Origin: Flectonema sp. DT1601
Lineage: Eukaryota
NCBI GenBank assembly: GCA_964019425.1
Contig: OZ025781.1
Span: 1,178,001-1,242,000, forward strand
Reading direction: 5' to 3'
DNA: 64,000 nucleotides
In this document: positions 24,234 to 37,363 of the stretch, one piece after another
How positions within the stretch are numbered: position 1 is the stretch's first letter
Layout: each line of letters begins with the position of its first letter
The notes under the pieces: generated by a model
The model's database searches: none
Seen by the model: the letters and a program-made list of their open reading frames with translations, nothing else
Told to the model about the DNA's origin: nothing
Program-made: the position numbers and the translations under genes

Positions 24234-25646
24234 GGAGAGGGGAAAAAAAAAATAGTAACTGGATATAGAAAAATCGTTGTATTCTAAACATCATGTATCA
24301 CCGATGGAGAAGAAAGAAGTAGGAAGTTATCCCACATAAAATTGAAATTACCACCACCGAGATAAGAGAGAATAGCAACTGTCAAAGTATCGAAAAGAAT
24401 CTCATTATGTAATTAAGAGTACTCTTTTAAGGGAAGGGGGAAGAGAGAGATATAAAAACAGAATCAGCTGGAAGTTTACGTGTGCTGCCAACTTTTTTCT
24501 TACAATACTTGTTAAATGCCAAAAAAAAAAAATAAAAAATTAGTGTTTTTCCCTCCATGTGAAAAAATATTCTTCCTGGGAAAAAAAAACTAGAACCCAA
24601 CAGCGCAAGAACTCAGTTTATTTCATTCTCAACAACTAACAGGAACCAACAATCTGACAAACGCAAACAATACACCGAGAAGAAGAAAATCACAAGGCCT
24701 TCCCCCCCTCAACTAAATTTACACACACAATAACAACAATAACAACAAGCACGTACTCCTTAACGCGAAACGATGAGAGAAAAAAAGAGGGTGAAAAAAA
24801 AAAAAGAAAAGAAAGAAAAAAAGGAGAGTCTGTTGTTGCTGTTTTTTTTTTTTTTTGCTGTCCAAGCAAAAAAAAACACACAAAATCGAACTAAAAAAAA
24901 AACAAGGCCCAAAGCCTCAACAGAGACACTCAAGGGACAGAAGGAACAAAAAGTAACGAGTTTTCCACATTTTTTTTAAGACACACAAGTAGCTGCTAGT
25001 AACTTTTAAAGGAGATTGCGCAAACATCGTGTTGAGGTTAACACTTCGATAGTGTTGTTGCAGCCAGTCGCTCCCACTGTTACGCACAGAAGGGACCCAA
25101 GTGTTGGAATCATTTCTGAAAAGACTTTTTTGCTTTGTTTTGTTTTTTTTTGTACGAAAAATTTTACTACCGCAGCAGAAGAAGAAAGAAATAATAATAA
25201 TAAATAGCCGGAAAAGTTAGTTAGCAAAATAAAAACATTGAACTTTAGAAAAAGAAGAGAAAAAAGAAAAAAAAAGAAACTTGGCTTTGTTTGTGTGCAT
25301 GCAATCCATAATTAGTAACAACCTCCAAAACACACCAAATAAAAAGAAATAAAGGCAGAATAGCGGCAGGACAAATTATAAAACTCACACACGCTTGCTC
25401 AGCAAATTTTTCTTTTTTTCGACAATTTTTTCACTGGTTGAAACAAAAAAAAATATCTCTACTTTCTGTTTGAATAGAGTGTACCAGTTAGGTAGCATCA
25501 GGTAAATAGGAATTCAGTTGGCCATCTTTTCGTTATCCTCTCGTTCATTTCAATAAAATAATTTTTATATAAAAAAAAATAAAATAAAATAAAAAAGAAC
25601 ACGCGACTAGGAATAGAACAGAAAATCCTAAAGTGTGTGTTTGACA

Positions 25647-25677
<31 letters not shown>

Positions 25678-26020
25678 CTTGTTTTTTTTTTAATGCAGAG
25701 ATTGGGAGAGAGCAGATGACACTGAAAATAAATAATAACAAAATAAAATAATAATAAAAACGATGACACAATTCACTTTCTATCCAAGGAAGATTCGCTA
25801 AGTAACAGACACAGGATACATTCTTCAATTTGTTTACTAACCAAGGCAATACAAACGACTACACTGATTCTCTTTCTACTAAAAAAAACAATACAAATTT
25901 CGTAGTTATAAAAAAGGAAACACATTGCCGGCTGCTAACATTGAGATTAGGGAAACAGTTAATATATGAATTTACTGCATTGCACTAAATATTAAAAAAA
26001 ACTGATTGGATTTGTTTTTC

Positions 26021-26134
26021 CGCGCAACCGTACAAAATCCTAATAAAGGAATAGGTTAGTTACGCGTGTCACAATTCTCTTTCTACCGAACAATAGGTTT
26101 GTAGGTACAAAAAAAAAAAAAAAAAAAAAAAAAA
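26021..26134 (+). mobile_element. Poly(A)-tailed SINE-like repeat (family 4)
   Basis: GCGCAACCG..AAAATCCTAATAAAGGAATAGGT..CACAATTCTCTTTCTACCGAACAAT.GGTTTGTAGGT followed by an A-tail. Inverted copy at 32174-32283; decayed 3' copy near 20073-20128. Confidence 0.7.
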
Positions 26135-27565
26135 GGGAAGGGAAGGGAAGGGAAGGGAAAACATCGTGGCAAAATAGCTTACACGAATTTCAAAGAGGGA
26201 AAAAAACAAGAATCGCGTTTTCGTTTTTTTTTTTTTTACTTCTTGACGTGGTGCCCCCAGACAAGTAATATCTGCACCTCTTCTCTTCTCAATCTGGAAA
26301 AGTAGGGAACTTCTTATGAGATAGGACTTCTAAAACTCCCTTATTCCTTTTTTTTTTTTTTTTTTTCTTTTGAATGCTACCTTTGCTAGAAAATATACAA
26401 AAGGGGGGAAAAGAAGAAATCATGAAAACACACGCATGAACATAGCACAACATGAGAAGGGCAAGTAGGCCACTAAATCTTTTTTTTTCTCTCTTTTTTA
26501 ATTTTTTTTTTGTTTTAAAAAACTCATACTTGCCAGTAAGCAGAGCCCCGGATGAAGATTACCGAACATTTTCAAAAAAAAAAAGGGGGGAAAAAAAAGG
26601 TTTTCAATAAAAGCAACGATCTCATTAGTTCGTATAATCGATGGATTGTTATTAGCTGAAGCTAATCGCCTGAACGCTCCAATTCATTGACGCCCCAAAA
26701 AAAAAAAAAATAAATATAAAAAAAACAAAAAAAATTCATCATTTCTGACTACAGAACAATAATACAGTCGAGTGCTGTGTATTGCCGAGCATCGAACGTT
26801 GTTTTTTTTTTTCTTTTTTTTCTTTTTTGCCAACAAGAAATAAAATAATAACCTGAAAAACAAAAAAAGAATTTTCATTTCACAATCACGTGGGAGATAG
26901 CACATTTATTTATTTTTTTAATTTTTTTTTTTTTCCTTTCTTGTTCTTTTCATTATTATTTTGCACAAACATAATAAGGTTTCGACTATTTTTTATAAAA
27001 AAATCAATTTTAGACAATTGTTCAAACCGAATTTTTCCATTTTTATATTTTTTTTTATTTTTTTTTTCCGGTTTCGTACACAAAACAAAACATCAGTGTT
27101 GTATTACTATTTTCTGTATAGTTTTAAGATAAAGCCAATTCTTTTTACTTCTGTTTCACATAATTTCTGTTCAACAACTCGATTATGTTGAATTTTTTTT
27201 ATTTATTTTTTAAATTTTTTTTCTTAAAAGTCTCATCAACAACAGAGACACGAAAGGAAAAAAAAAAAAAAAAATTAAAAACGTTTGTTAGGTTCAAAAG
27301 ACCTTTTTTTATTTTTTTATTTTGTATTTGTTTTTTTGTACATTAACGTTAGTCCAGCAAGGTTTTGATTCCTTTTTTTTTTTTTCCTTAATTTCTCATT
27401 ATCCCTTTTTTTTTTTTTTTTTCCAAACAGAAACATTTGAGGAAGATTTATTTTAAAAAAAAAAAAAAAAAAAACGACACAAACATCACACGTAGCATGG
27501 CATAAAAAAACAATACTTTTTTTTTTTTTTGTTGTTGTTTTTTTTTCTCCCGAAAAAAATCAGGA

Positions 27566-28924
27566 CTATATAGAAACCCCTTCCCGGTCTTCATCAGCGA
27601 GCGCTTTTTCCCTCATATTGGCATTGTGGATGTCGGTGGCGATGTCCCACACCCAAGAAGGCTGTTCCAAGCCGTCGTTAAACAGGCTAGCTACCAGACC
27701 ACCAAGCTGCTGGTCTTGAGATTCGGCTTCACTGACTTGAGGGGGTCCAATAATCCCAACATCAGTACTTGTTGATTTCTGCAGTGAGTCAACTCTATCC
27801 CATAACGACTGATGAGAGATTATTGAAGATAACGGCGTCCGTCCTTTGTATCCACGTTTACCTGCTTGAGTTGGTGACCACTTTTCTAATCCCATTTGGC
27901 AATACAGAAATTGTGATTTTATTTGAACCAACATCTGAGAAGTACAGTTCTCTGATAAATTATTAGACAGATCTGTTGGGTCTACAATGAATAAAGGATC
28001 ATTTGAGTGTTTTATCCCAGGGGTTCTCATTGATCCACAGACCGCATGTTTTTCAAACGAAAAGTCACATCCATACTCCAAAAGGAATCTGTGAAGGATT
28101 TCTGCTGCGTCTGAGGAATCGCAGCCGCGGCAGACTCTAATCACCATCACTAATAAAGCACATGAAGAAAGGCCACCTGTTCTCACATCACCACATCTAA
28201 CCTGACTAATAACATGTCTCAGAATGCTATGTACGGATCTCGCATGCGGAAATTCTTTCAACCACTGTTGAATAGTTGCAGTGAAATTCTTAACTCTTTT
28301 GTTTTCACTTTCAGAGAATGTTATGTTCACTTTAACTCTTCTTGTAGTGGTTTCAACTTGCAAGAATCCCTCACTCCCCTGACAAACCATATTTAAAACT
28401 TTAAAGGTGTGGCTTAGTGTAGCCACTGATCTAGGAAGTACAGCACAAATACCTGAACACAATTCACAAGACAAGTCAATAGCAGAGCTGGGTGATGATG
28501 TACCGTAAGCGAAAGATCCGTAGACACAAACCTTAGCACTCGGAAAGACTGATTTCAGCCACTGCTCAAGGGATTGGATGACGGATATTCTAATCGATCT
28601 TTCTTGTTCAGATATGCGGACGAATTTTGAAAAAATTTGAATCTCATCACTCAAAGAGATATCATATTTTCTACAACCTTCAGGTAACCATGGTGTACAA
28701 ACAACTACTTCACCACCTGAGTCTTTAGGGCTGTGACCTTTCCTCCTTGGTCTAGATCCATTTGATACGAGACTTCCTCTGTTGTTAGTTGAACCAGAAT
28801 GACCACCGATAGTAAAAGTAGTGCCTTGTGATCCACAGTCCAATGTCGATTCTGATCTCGGAGAGTGCAATGGAGATGATGGACCACTAGAACAGAGAGT
28901 ATCAACACTTTGTGAACAATACAT
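27566..28924 (-). CDS. TRF4/PAP2-family non-canonical poly(A) polymerase-like protein, probably catalytically inactive
   Basis: Motifs VYGSFAYGTSSPSSAIDL, VKVNITF and TGGLSS, plus PAP-associated LFIVDPTDLSNNL. Confidence 0.8.
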   Translation of the reverse strand: MYCSQSVDTLCSSGPSSPLHSPRSESTLDCGSQGTTFTIGGHSGSTNNRGSLVSNGSRPRRKGHSPKDSGGEVVVCTPWLPEGCRKYDISLSDEIQIFSKFVRISEQERSIRISVIQSLEQWLKSVFPSAKVCVYGSFAYGTSSPSSAIDLSCELCSGICAVLPRSVATLSHTFKVLNMVCQGSEGFLQVETTTRRVKVNITFSESENKRVKNFTATIQQWLKEFPHARSVHSILRHVISQVRCGDVRTGGLSSCALLVMVIRVCRGCDSSDAAEILHRFLLEYGCDFSFEKHAVCGSMRTPGIKHSNDPLFIVDPTDLSNNLSENCTSQMLVQIKSQFLYCQMGLEKWSPTQAGKRGYKGRTPLSSIISHQSLWDRVDSLQKSTSTDVGIIGPPQVSEAESQDQQLGGLVASLFNDGLEQPSWVWDIATDIHNANMREKALADEDREGVSI

Positions 28925-29098
28925 ATTTATAATAGAACGGTAACTTTATAGAGAATAATAAAAATAATAAAAAATAATAACACAAGCATAATATAATAAA
29001 TAAAATTGATCGCCAAAACAAAAATCGCGAAAGGCGCGGAGGTAAATGAATTTTTTCTTTCTTTTTTTTTTTTTTTGCGATACAGAAGTATGCAAGGC

Positions 29099-32000
29099 TT
29101 ACTTTCCCACATTCACATCAACTAAACACGTCAGGACTCTCGTATCAGAACTCGACAGAGCAATCGATAATAAAACAGAACCGACTGAGACTGCTGATCG
29201 AGTTCTGAGTGAAATAGATCGAAGTATCTCCTGCAATACAATAGGAGAACACTTACAAGACCAGCTAAATTCCAAATGAATCAAAGTAGGTGTAATTGAA
29301 GTCGCCAATGCTACCAGATTCGCTCCCGAGTAGAATCCTCCATCTTTTAATTTCAATCCTTCAAGAGAATTTTTTGAAAGATCAAAGTGAAGAACGTCAG
29401 ATTCACAATTGCTGGTTATCGTCACGTAGCCGGATTCAAAATTGTGATTGGGTGCAAGGTTTAGTAGCAGCCTTGGGAATAAAGATCCTGATTCACCAGT
29501 TCTTATCATAACCGAACTCTTCATCCTCGGCAGGGTAATAATCGGCGACGCTACAGAAATTACAATTCGTTTACGTCCTTCTCGAACATTAATTCCATCC
29601 CCGACACGAATTTCATACGTACTCGCAACTTGTTTTCCTGATTTTGCTAAAAACCCAGGATTCGTAAAATATATACAACTCAACAAGTATTGAACCGCGT
29701 GCATGGAAACACATGGCTTACTATCACCATCGTCTGATAGTCTTGTCGCATATGCTGGTTTAAAGTTAATTACTACGTTGTGACCTCCCAATGCTACTTT
29801 GGTTTTTGGATATGAAACGGTGGCAAATGAAATTCCATTTTCTACAAAAATCAAACGATTATCTTCAGTGATTTCAAATAAATATTTCATCGGATCTTCT
29901 AGGTGTAGTTTGGCGTAGATTGATATCAATTTCCTTTTCGCATTTTTAATTTGGACAAGTTGCTGTTCAGTCGTCAAAATTTCAAAACGATCACCTCTAT
30001 GCCCTCCGTTACTCAATTCGACTTTAATGTGTCCTTTATCAAACCACGGAGTGTCAGGATCATCAACAAACGTTCTGTGTAAAGGAGCTATCAAAAACGG
30101 ATTTTCACTATCATCTCTGATTGGACGATAAAATAACTTAGAAGTTTCAACGTGAATAGAAGTAATATCATCAACCTCCTGAAGATCAATTCCGATGACT
30201 AGCTTTGATACGGAAGGTCCTAATCGAGTTGTTATTCTTAATACACGTTGTTGGCAATTAGGACATGCAGAGCTGTGGGGAAATTATTATTTTTTTTTTT
30301 TTTTTTCCTCTTAACCCCATTCAAACAAAAACATAAACAGACCTGTTGAAATAACTCAACGATCTTAACACGATAACGACGTCTCGTCTTCGAACTTCTT
30401 TTGTGAATCTTATTCTAATCGCGCATGTCGGAGTCGTTTCCACGACTGACCATCCGATGAATCTTCCTTCCAATAAAAGTTCATAATACTTCGCCAACCG
30501 TTCAGATTCAACCGCAACCTTTTCACCAGCAACTCTCGTTAGTAATTTAAAGTCCTGTTGGTAGTATGTACTGGTACTGGTTGCACACTAATAAGGTAAA
30601 TTTATTTACAAAAAATGAAAGCATACCTTCTGAGTTGAAAGTCTCCGTTGTACTTCTCCTTGTAATTTTCCTCTGATTTTGTTAACTTTTTTATCAAGGG
30701 TTCTGTCAGATAAAGTTGATGTTACTGTCGGTTGATTTTTAATCGACGGCAGTGGAATTGATTTCGTTGGACTCCGAACTACATCAGAGAGAGCATCAGA
30801 TGTTTGAACTGTTGATTTATTAGAGACTTTGTTTGAAGAGTTTGAATGACGTGATGATGGTCGAGATCTAGACGAGGATTCTTTTATGATGTGAGGAACT
30901 GATTCTCTCCCCTCAGCAGAATCGAATATGTTTACACCTGCTGGAGGTGGTGATGATAAACAAACTAACTGAATGCTGTCCCTCTCAGATATGAGTAGTG
31001 AATCATCACAGTCTGGAGGAGTCACCATTTCAATAAAAAGATGAGAATAATCCCAAACATCAATTTCATGAAGGATGTCAAAAGCAGCAATTCGCATGGC
31101 TGAACTCCCTTCTAAATACTTCACAGTTGGAGTGTGTTGCAACCTCGCTCCCAACACCGACAGCATCGGTAGAGCAATTTTAATACTAATCTGTTTCACG
31201 ATTGGTGAAGGCATCTCGTCTGCTAATCCCTCCATCTGTTTTCCAGCTACTGTATTAATAACGATCGTCTTACCCAACTGCAGATAGATTTCAACTATTT
31301 TGGTACACAACTTCGGAGGCTCAATTAAATTACTATATCGAAATGATCTCAGTAAGCCTTGTATTGATGATAGGCTTACCCTCTTATCGAATAGAATTGT
31401 TATTGTCTTTAGAGCTTTTTGACAAGCAGAAACAAGTAAACGTTGACAAAAACAGGTACAAATAATTAACAATCGAAGCTTTGCTAACCAAGATGGAGGA
31501 GGATTGTCAAGACCTCGTATTGGAAGTTGAAATCCTTTAGTCATTCTTGGTAAGGAGATTCCTGATGAATGTTGCTGTTTGAATCCCTTTAATTTAATCG
31601 ATTTCGCTAAGAATTTTACTTTTTTTGCTCCTGTTGATGTTTTTCTTGGATCAGTCCCCGACAACCTTCCAATCACTTTACCCTTCCAACTAACCACACC
31701 TTTAGCCGTTGTATCTACTCCACTCGTCTTATCGTTTGAAATCGTCAGACAATCTCCAGGAACACAACTTGTTGTTATCGACAAGACCAAGAAACCTCCT
31801 GAAATAAAATCTGTGTCGATATCTAGTAACCTACATCCAGGGAATAGTGATAATGTCTCACTTGCTCCTCGAGTGAAATATTGACGGTGTTCAGGAGAAC
31901 AGAATCTTGGAGATTGTTGATTATAAACTGACTTAGACTCGACGAGTATCAGCTCTGTTGGTTGATCTTCGTGTGATACATTCACACGTATCACTTGACT

Positions 32001-34852
32001 TGATGAGCTTAGTGTATCGGTCAGGGTTACTAGTACTTCTCGGTATCCCAAAATCGGGTTACACGATTCGTTACTAAAACGAACACACTTAAATAATCTA
32101 CACAAAGCATCGTATGAAGTTTGTGGGTTTAGAAATATTGATATTTTACCTCCTCCGTTGGTTGTTGCTATTCCTGTTTTTTTTTTTTTTTCTTCTTGCA
32201 CCTACAAACCCATTGTTCGGTAGAAAGAGAATTGTGGCAGCGTAACTACCTATTCCTTTATTAGGATTTTCTACCGGTTGCGCACAAACAAAAGTTTAGA
32301 TGCAAAAGTTTTGTTATACAAGTACACACAAGTATAATGAACTTGGTGATTAAGTGGTGTGTGTGGATCATCGACGGTCACAAATATTTAACGAAGCCTC
32401 CCACAACAGGGGGAACCTACACATCAAGGCAACACCACAACACACATCATGAAAATTGTAAGTAAAACACATACCTACTTGATCCAGTCTACCTATACTA
32501 ATGTCGTTACCAGAGTGAAATATATCACCCGACTCTCCGAGATGAATGTCTCTCACTGTTCGGAAGAATAGTCTGTCGTGAATGACTGGATCGTAACAAA
32601 ATGAAATCTCAAGTGAAATGAGATTTCTATTTTCCATTTGTAATAATTCTCTAACCACAGCCCCAGACAGTAAATCAGATGAGTCATTCTCACATTCGTG
32701 TTTTATAATTCGATTTTTCAAAGGATAGTAAAAGATTGGCTGCAACACATTAACAACAACTCTCTGACATGACAAACTACACCCATCAGAGAGGCCATGC
32801 TTTATTCTGATCGATACTGACAACTCTTGGGTAAATATCGGAGCATGTGTTTGTACTTTACAAGAAGAAGGATCACCAGTACAGATGTAAGTCAATTTCT
32901 CCAAAGATTGTTTGAGAGACTTAATATCACCAGTTGCTGTGGTTTGTTTTGTTGACAAAAATTGATTGTCATTTTTTACTTAAAAAAAGTGGATACATAC
33001 CTCGGTAAGTCCAGACTCCATCAGCCTTATGAATCTTATTCGAATCAATAAACAGAAACTCAACACAATGAACTGGAACATTATCAGTCTGTTGAGGTGC
33101 TATAATGACTTCGAAGTCAGTCACCGTCACCTTTTCATTTTTCAACTGCGATGCCGGAGGTAAATATTTCTTAGCAGCGTAGATATTTTCCAGTATGCGT
33201 ATGGGATTACTGCTGGAAATAAACTTCGAAACTTCCCCAAAAGCCAAATAATCGTCTCTAGCAGAGCGGGTGGTTCCTCCAGTCTGTGATTCTTCATAAA
33301 AGTATCTAGAAGCGGATTTTACTTCTGATAATTTGATTGAGATGTCGGCTTCTCTTCGAACAATGTGATTGTATTGGTCTTCCCAGTCTGGTGAGATTTC
33401 AACATCAATGACCAGTTCTTGTAAGACAGCAATTGATCCTGTCTTATCACTTTGTGTTATGTAATGGTGGATTTCATTCTTGTGATGTATTATGCAAGTC
33501 GGTAAAGTTTCAATGAGTTCTTTTGTTTGTTTTTCAAGTGCAAAAAATCCCACACCAATCGAGGTGATTTGCTTTGTTAATTTCGCCAAAGCCGCAAACG
33601 GTGGAGTCATTTTCGTATACGACGATGAGATGTGTCTTCTCATTGTTGCTTCTCGTGATGATATCACATTTAGACTTCGTGAATGAGATCGAAGCTGTTT
33701 TTGAGCAAACACATTCCAGATGTTTTTTATGATACAAAAACCACGAGTTTCTAAATCATTTTCAATTTGATTTCTCTTTTCAATTTCTAATTCCTTTAAC
33801 TGATTTCTCTCACATTCAATTTGTAAGACTACATCCCAACTTTGAACACTCATAGACCAGTATCTGTTATTTTCGTTTTCTTGCTCTAGTTCGATTCCGT
33901 GTCGATGACCAGTCTCGTTCTCGCAGTGGGATATTCGTTTCAATTTATTCTCCTTGATTCTCGATGTTTCCTCAACCTTCGACATCCCCCAAGAGCAGTA
34001 ACATTGCTTGGTTAGAACAGTAAAAGCTTTTTTCTCAAAGAAAAAAATTGATTGCCGAGAGAGGGATTCGAACTTGGAGAAATTGTTCAACTGCAAGCGG
34101 TGCCAGTTGGATTCAAGATAGGATCGGGTGAGGAATTCTGCTTTACAGATTTCAAGTTTTTCGGATTCGTGGTGTTCAGCAATGAGGGACTCACGATGGT
34201 TTTTCACAACACGTGCATGACCCCTTTTCATAGATGTACGAAGTAAAGACCTCTGGCGGTCTTCTTCCTGGTTGATTTCATTATTTCTGAATGTTGTCTC
34301 TTGAAGAACCAAATCCGACCGATGGCTAAGCAGATTGGCTCTCCAGTTCTGAAAACCCACGCGGATTGCCTCCTGTTGAAGTCTCCGTTGATGAGTTTGA
34401 GTATTTGCTGCATTCTGTGCTGCTATTTGAGATAAAACATTACCATCTTCACCAATCACTTTTAAGATATTATATTTTTGTATTAACTTAGCGATTACAG
34501 ATGTAGTTTCCTTAGACACCAAAGCACCCGTCAGGTCAATTGACCGAACCACCGGATTTGCCTCCAAAAACGAATCCAAAATAATAATATCCCTCTCTAC
34601 GATAGAGATATTTCCAAGGTAAAGTAGTTCCTGATCGATTCTCTGTTGAAGCAATTTTTTTAACGTGTTCTTTTCTCCGACCCGCTTCTTCAATCTATCG
34701 TGATACTTACCGGATAATAAAACCCCACTTCGAGGGTCTTCTTTCCAACTGGACCTTCTCAACAAAGATTTCGGATGGTCCTTACCATAGAGTTGAAGCA
34801 GAGCCTTTCTGGATACACTTTGCTTACTCTCAGAGTGCTGTTGAGTAGACAT
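29099..34852 (-). CDS. Large hypothetical protein (N-terminal LRR-like, coiled coil, repeated beta-rich domains); at least 5 exons
   Basis: Exons 34852-33001, 32936-32475, 32173-30627, 30554-30343, 30272-29099. Introns 32937-33000, 32174-32474, 30555-30626, 30273-30342 are all phase-compatible. Exact 3' end uncertain. Confidence 0.75.
32174..32283 (-). mobile_element. SINE-like family 4 copy forming the 3' end of an intron
   Basis: Reverse complement of 26021-26134. Its A-rich tail ends AAAAAAACAG at the acceptor 32174. Confidence 0.7.
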
Positions 34853-35874
34853 TACCAGTGAAGCATTGTTGTGCTTGCTCGTTATGCCCCTGTTGGAAGA
34901 AAAAATATTAGACTCACAGTATCATTTTTTAATGCGGTATTAATTTGACTCTCTGACTGACTATATTATAACAACGGTCCTGGTAAAAAGGGAAAATGAT
35001 GGATGAGTTTTTTTTTATATTCGAACCTAACAATGAAAAAAAAAAAAAAACCGACCAATTTCAAATAAATTCATAAAGCTGTGATTGTTTTTTTGATTTC
35101 TTTTTTTTTTTCTAAAGTAGCCAGCAAAAACTATAAAAAAAAACATTAAAAAAAAACGATGGTGGCGCATCGACAGGCAAATTCCAAAAAGGAATTCCAT
35201 ACAGCAGGAATAGTTAATTAAAAATAATAATCAGCAGTCGCTGCACACCCTATTTACTCTTTCTAAACAGTCATTGCTACTAAACGGCCAGCAGGCCGAC
35301 TACCATTCAGTTCCTTTGATATTTTTTTTATTCTTTCTTTTTTTTTTTGATTCTTTCTTAGCAAAACATGATTAAAACTAACTACAGATTTGTGTTGGTT
35401 AGGGTGAGGTAAAAAAAGCCTCATTTTCCAACTTATTTTTTTTCTCCCTTTTTTTTTGCCCTAAGTTAGGGCTAAGAACAGACAGTTTACTACAATACTT
35501 TTATTTGTGACAAAATAAAATGCCAAGAACCTTTATCACGTTGTTATTTTTGAAAAAAAAAAAAAAAAAAAAACATTTGGCTAAATAAAACAATTTAACC
35601 TCATCGTGCTGACGTATGTAAACAACACGTTTTCCGTCCAGACATTTTTTTTTTTTTTTTTTTTCTAACTAACGTCGACCAATCAAGATGTACGCTTTTT
35701 TACCTGGCAATACATTATTCTTAATCTTATCTTTGTTGATATCATTAATGAAGGTTTTTTTTTCAATAATTTTTAAAGTATTTTTCTCATCGTGAAATAC
35801 GACTGTTATAGTTTCTGCCTCACCGTCGGCATAATCACATGAATATCACCACCTGAAGAGTAGAGAATATCGTC

Positions 35875-36656
35875 TTATGCGTTTGATGCTGTTGGAATTG
35901 GAGGTGCCCACTGAAATTCTTTAATACGACGTTGCTTTGAATAACGAACGTCCGGATCTCTTGGAAGGGTCTCTGGAGGGGATGGAACCTGAGCCTGCAC
36001 CAACTGCGAATTCACTGAATACGCGTTCCACGATGACATCGCTAATTCCATTGTTCCTAATAAGATAGCTCCAGTACGAGCTCCGTTGAGTATTTCTCTT
36101 CTTCCTCCTGAGAGGTTGGTGAAGGCTCCAGCACCAGCACCAGCCATGATTGGATTAATCAAATCCTCTGTACCACCTGTTTATGTTTGTTGTTTGGTTA
36201 TTGTCGTATTAGCTGTGAGGAATAGTTCTTGTTTTTCATCATACCTCTCAACTTAATAACAGAGCATTCTGTTACTGAGAATGCGGTCGTCCATGCGGCA
36301 AAACTTCCACCGTTGGCAGGACACTGAGTAATGATTCTATCTTTTATTACTCTCCATCTCTTACCTGGTGCAGCCATCTTGCATCCTTGATAACTCTCTG
36401 TGGGGTTGGTTGTTTTTGTTGTTTTTTTTGTTCTTTCTGCGAAGCGGCGGTTGTTCAGTTTTAAAAAAAAAATAATAATAAACATACGCATAAGCAAACC
36501 CAGAACTATACCAAAACCAAATCCAATACCACATTCATCGAGAACTCTCCACCAACATGGGTCTCTCCCTCTTTCAATACTGGTTACAATGCCTCCATCG
36601 TGTACACATACTGGTTGATATACATGTTCCCAGATGAGCTCAGATAAAGTGGGCAT
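35875..36656 (-). CDS. TIM17: Mitochondrial import inner membrane translocase Tim17-family protein; 3 exons
   Basis: Motifs RDPCWWRVLDECGIGFGFG, GGSFAAW, ECSVIKLRGGTEDLINPIMAGAGAG. Introns 36398-36487 and 36177-36244 restore the frame. Confidence 0.85.
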
Positions 36657-37363
36657 GTGTGTGTGTTTTTTTTGTTTTTTTCAGAAACAGAAAAAGAAAG
36701 GCCCTAGATCGTTGGAATTATTATTATTATTTTATTACAGCACCAATAACTGTTGTAAGTTTTCAAACCAAAAAAACAACATCCGAACAACTTATCAGAA
36801 AATGGGTAAATTGAGTTCTTTTGTATGCTGAAGTAGGGGCCATCACCGGTACCTCGTTTGGCGACAATGTTATCGGAACCTTATAAAATACCGAAAATAC
36901 AACACAATTTTTCCATTCCCCCCCGACCCCCTACCTGAATGAGGAAAAATAAAAAAAAGGTATAATAATAAAAAATAAACACAAAGAAAAACCAATGCAC
37001 AACCTATTCTTCTTTGCACAAAAAAAATATTAAATACAGAAAATTATCATAGGTGTTTTTTTCAAACAACAAAGCCATGGTGGTAATGAAAAAAAGGCTA
37101 ATCTAATTTAGACGCCGTACCGTCAGAAACGCGTCTTTTTTTTTTTTTTTTTTTATGTGAAAGGAAATTTTTTGTTTTTTTGTTTTTTTTTAAGAACGAA
37201 TTTTTGTAAACCAAATTTTAAAAAAAAAAAAAAAACTTAAAGAAAAGATATAAATAATAAAAGGAGGTTTACTGCAAAAAAAAAAAATGTTATTTAAGAA
37301 AAAAAAAACAAAAATAAATAAATAACAATAATAATAATAATAATAAATGAGAATTTTTTTTTC

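Noticed and set aside
1..28924. TRAMP gene cluster (Air-like plus TRF4-like genes)
   Set aside because: The genes are 27 kb apart with unrelated genes between them, and the TRF4-like protein appears inactive. Probably coincidence.
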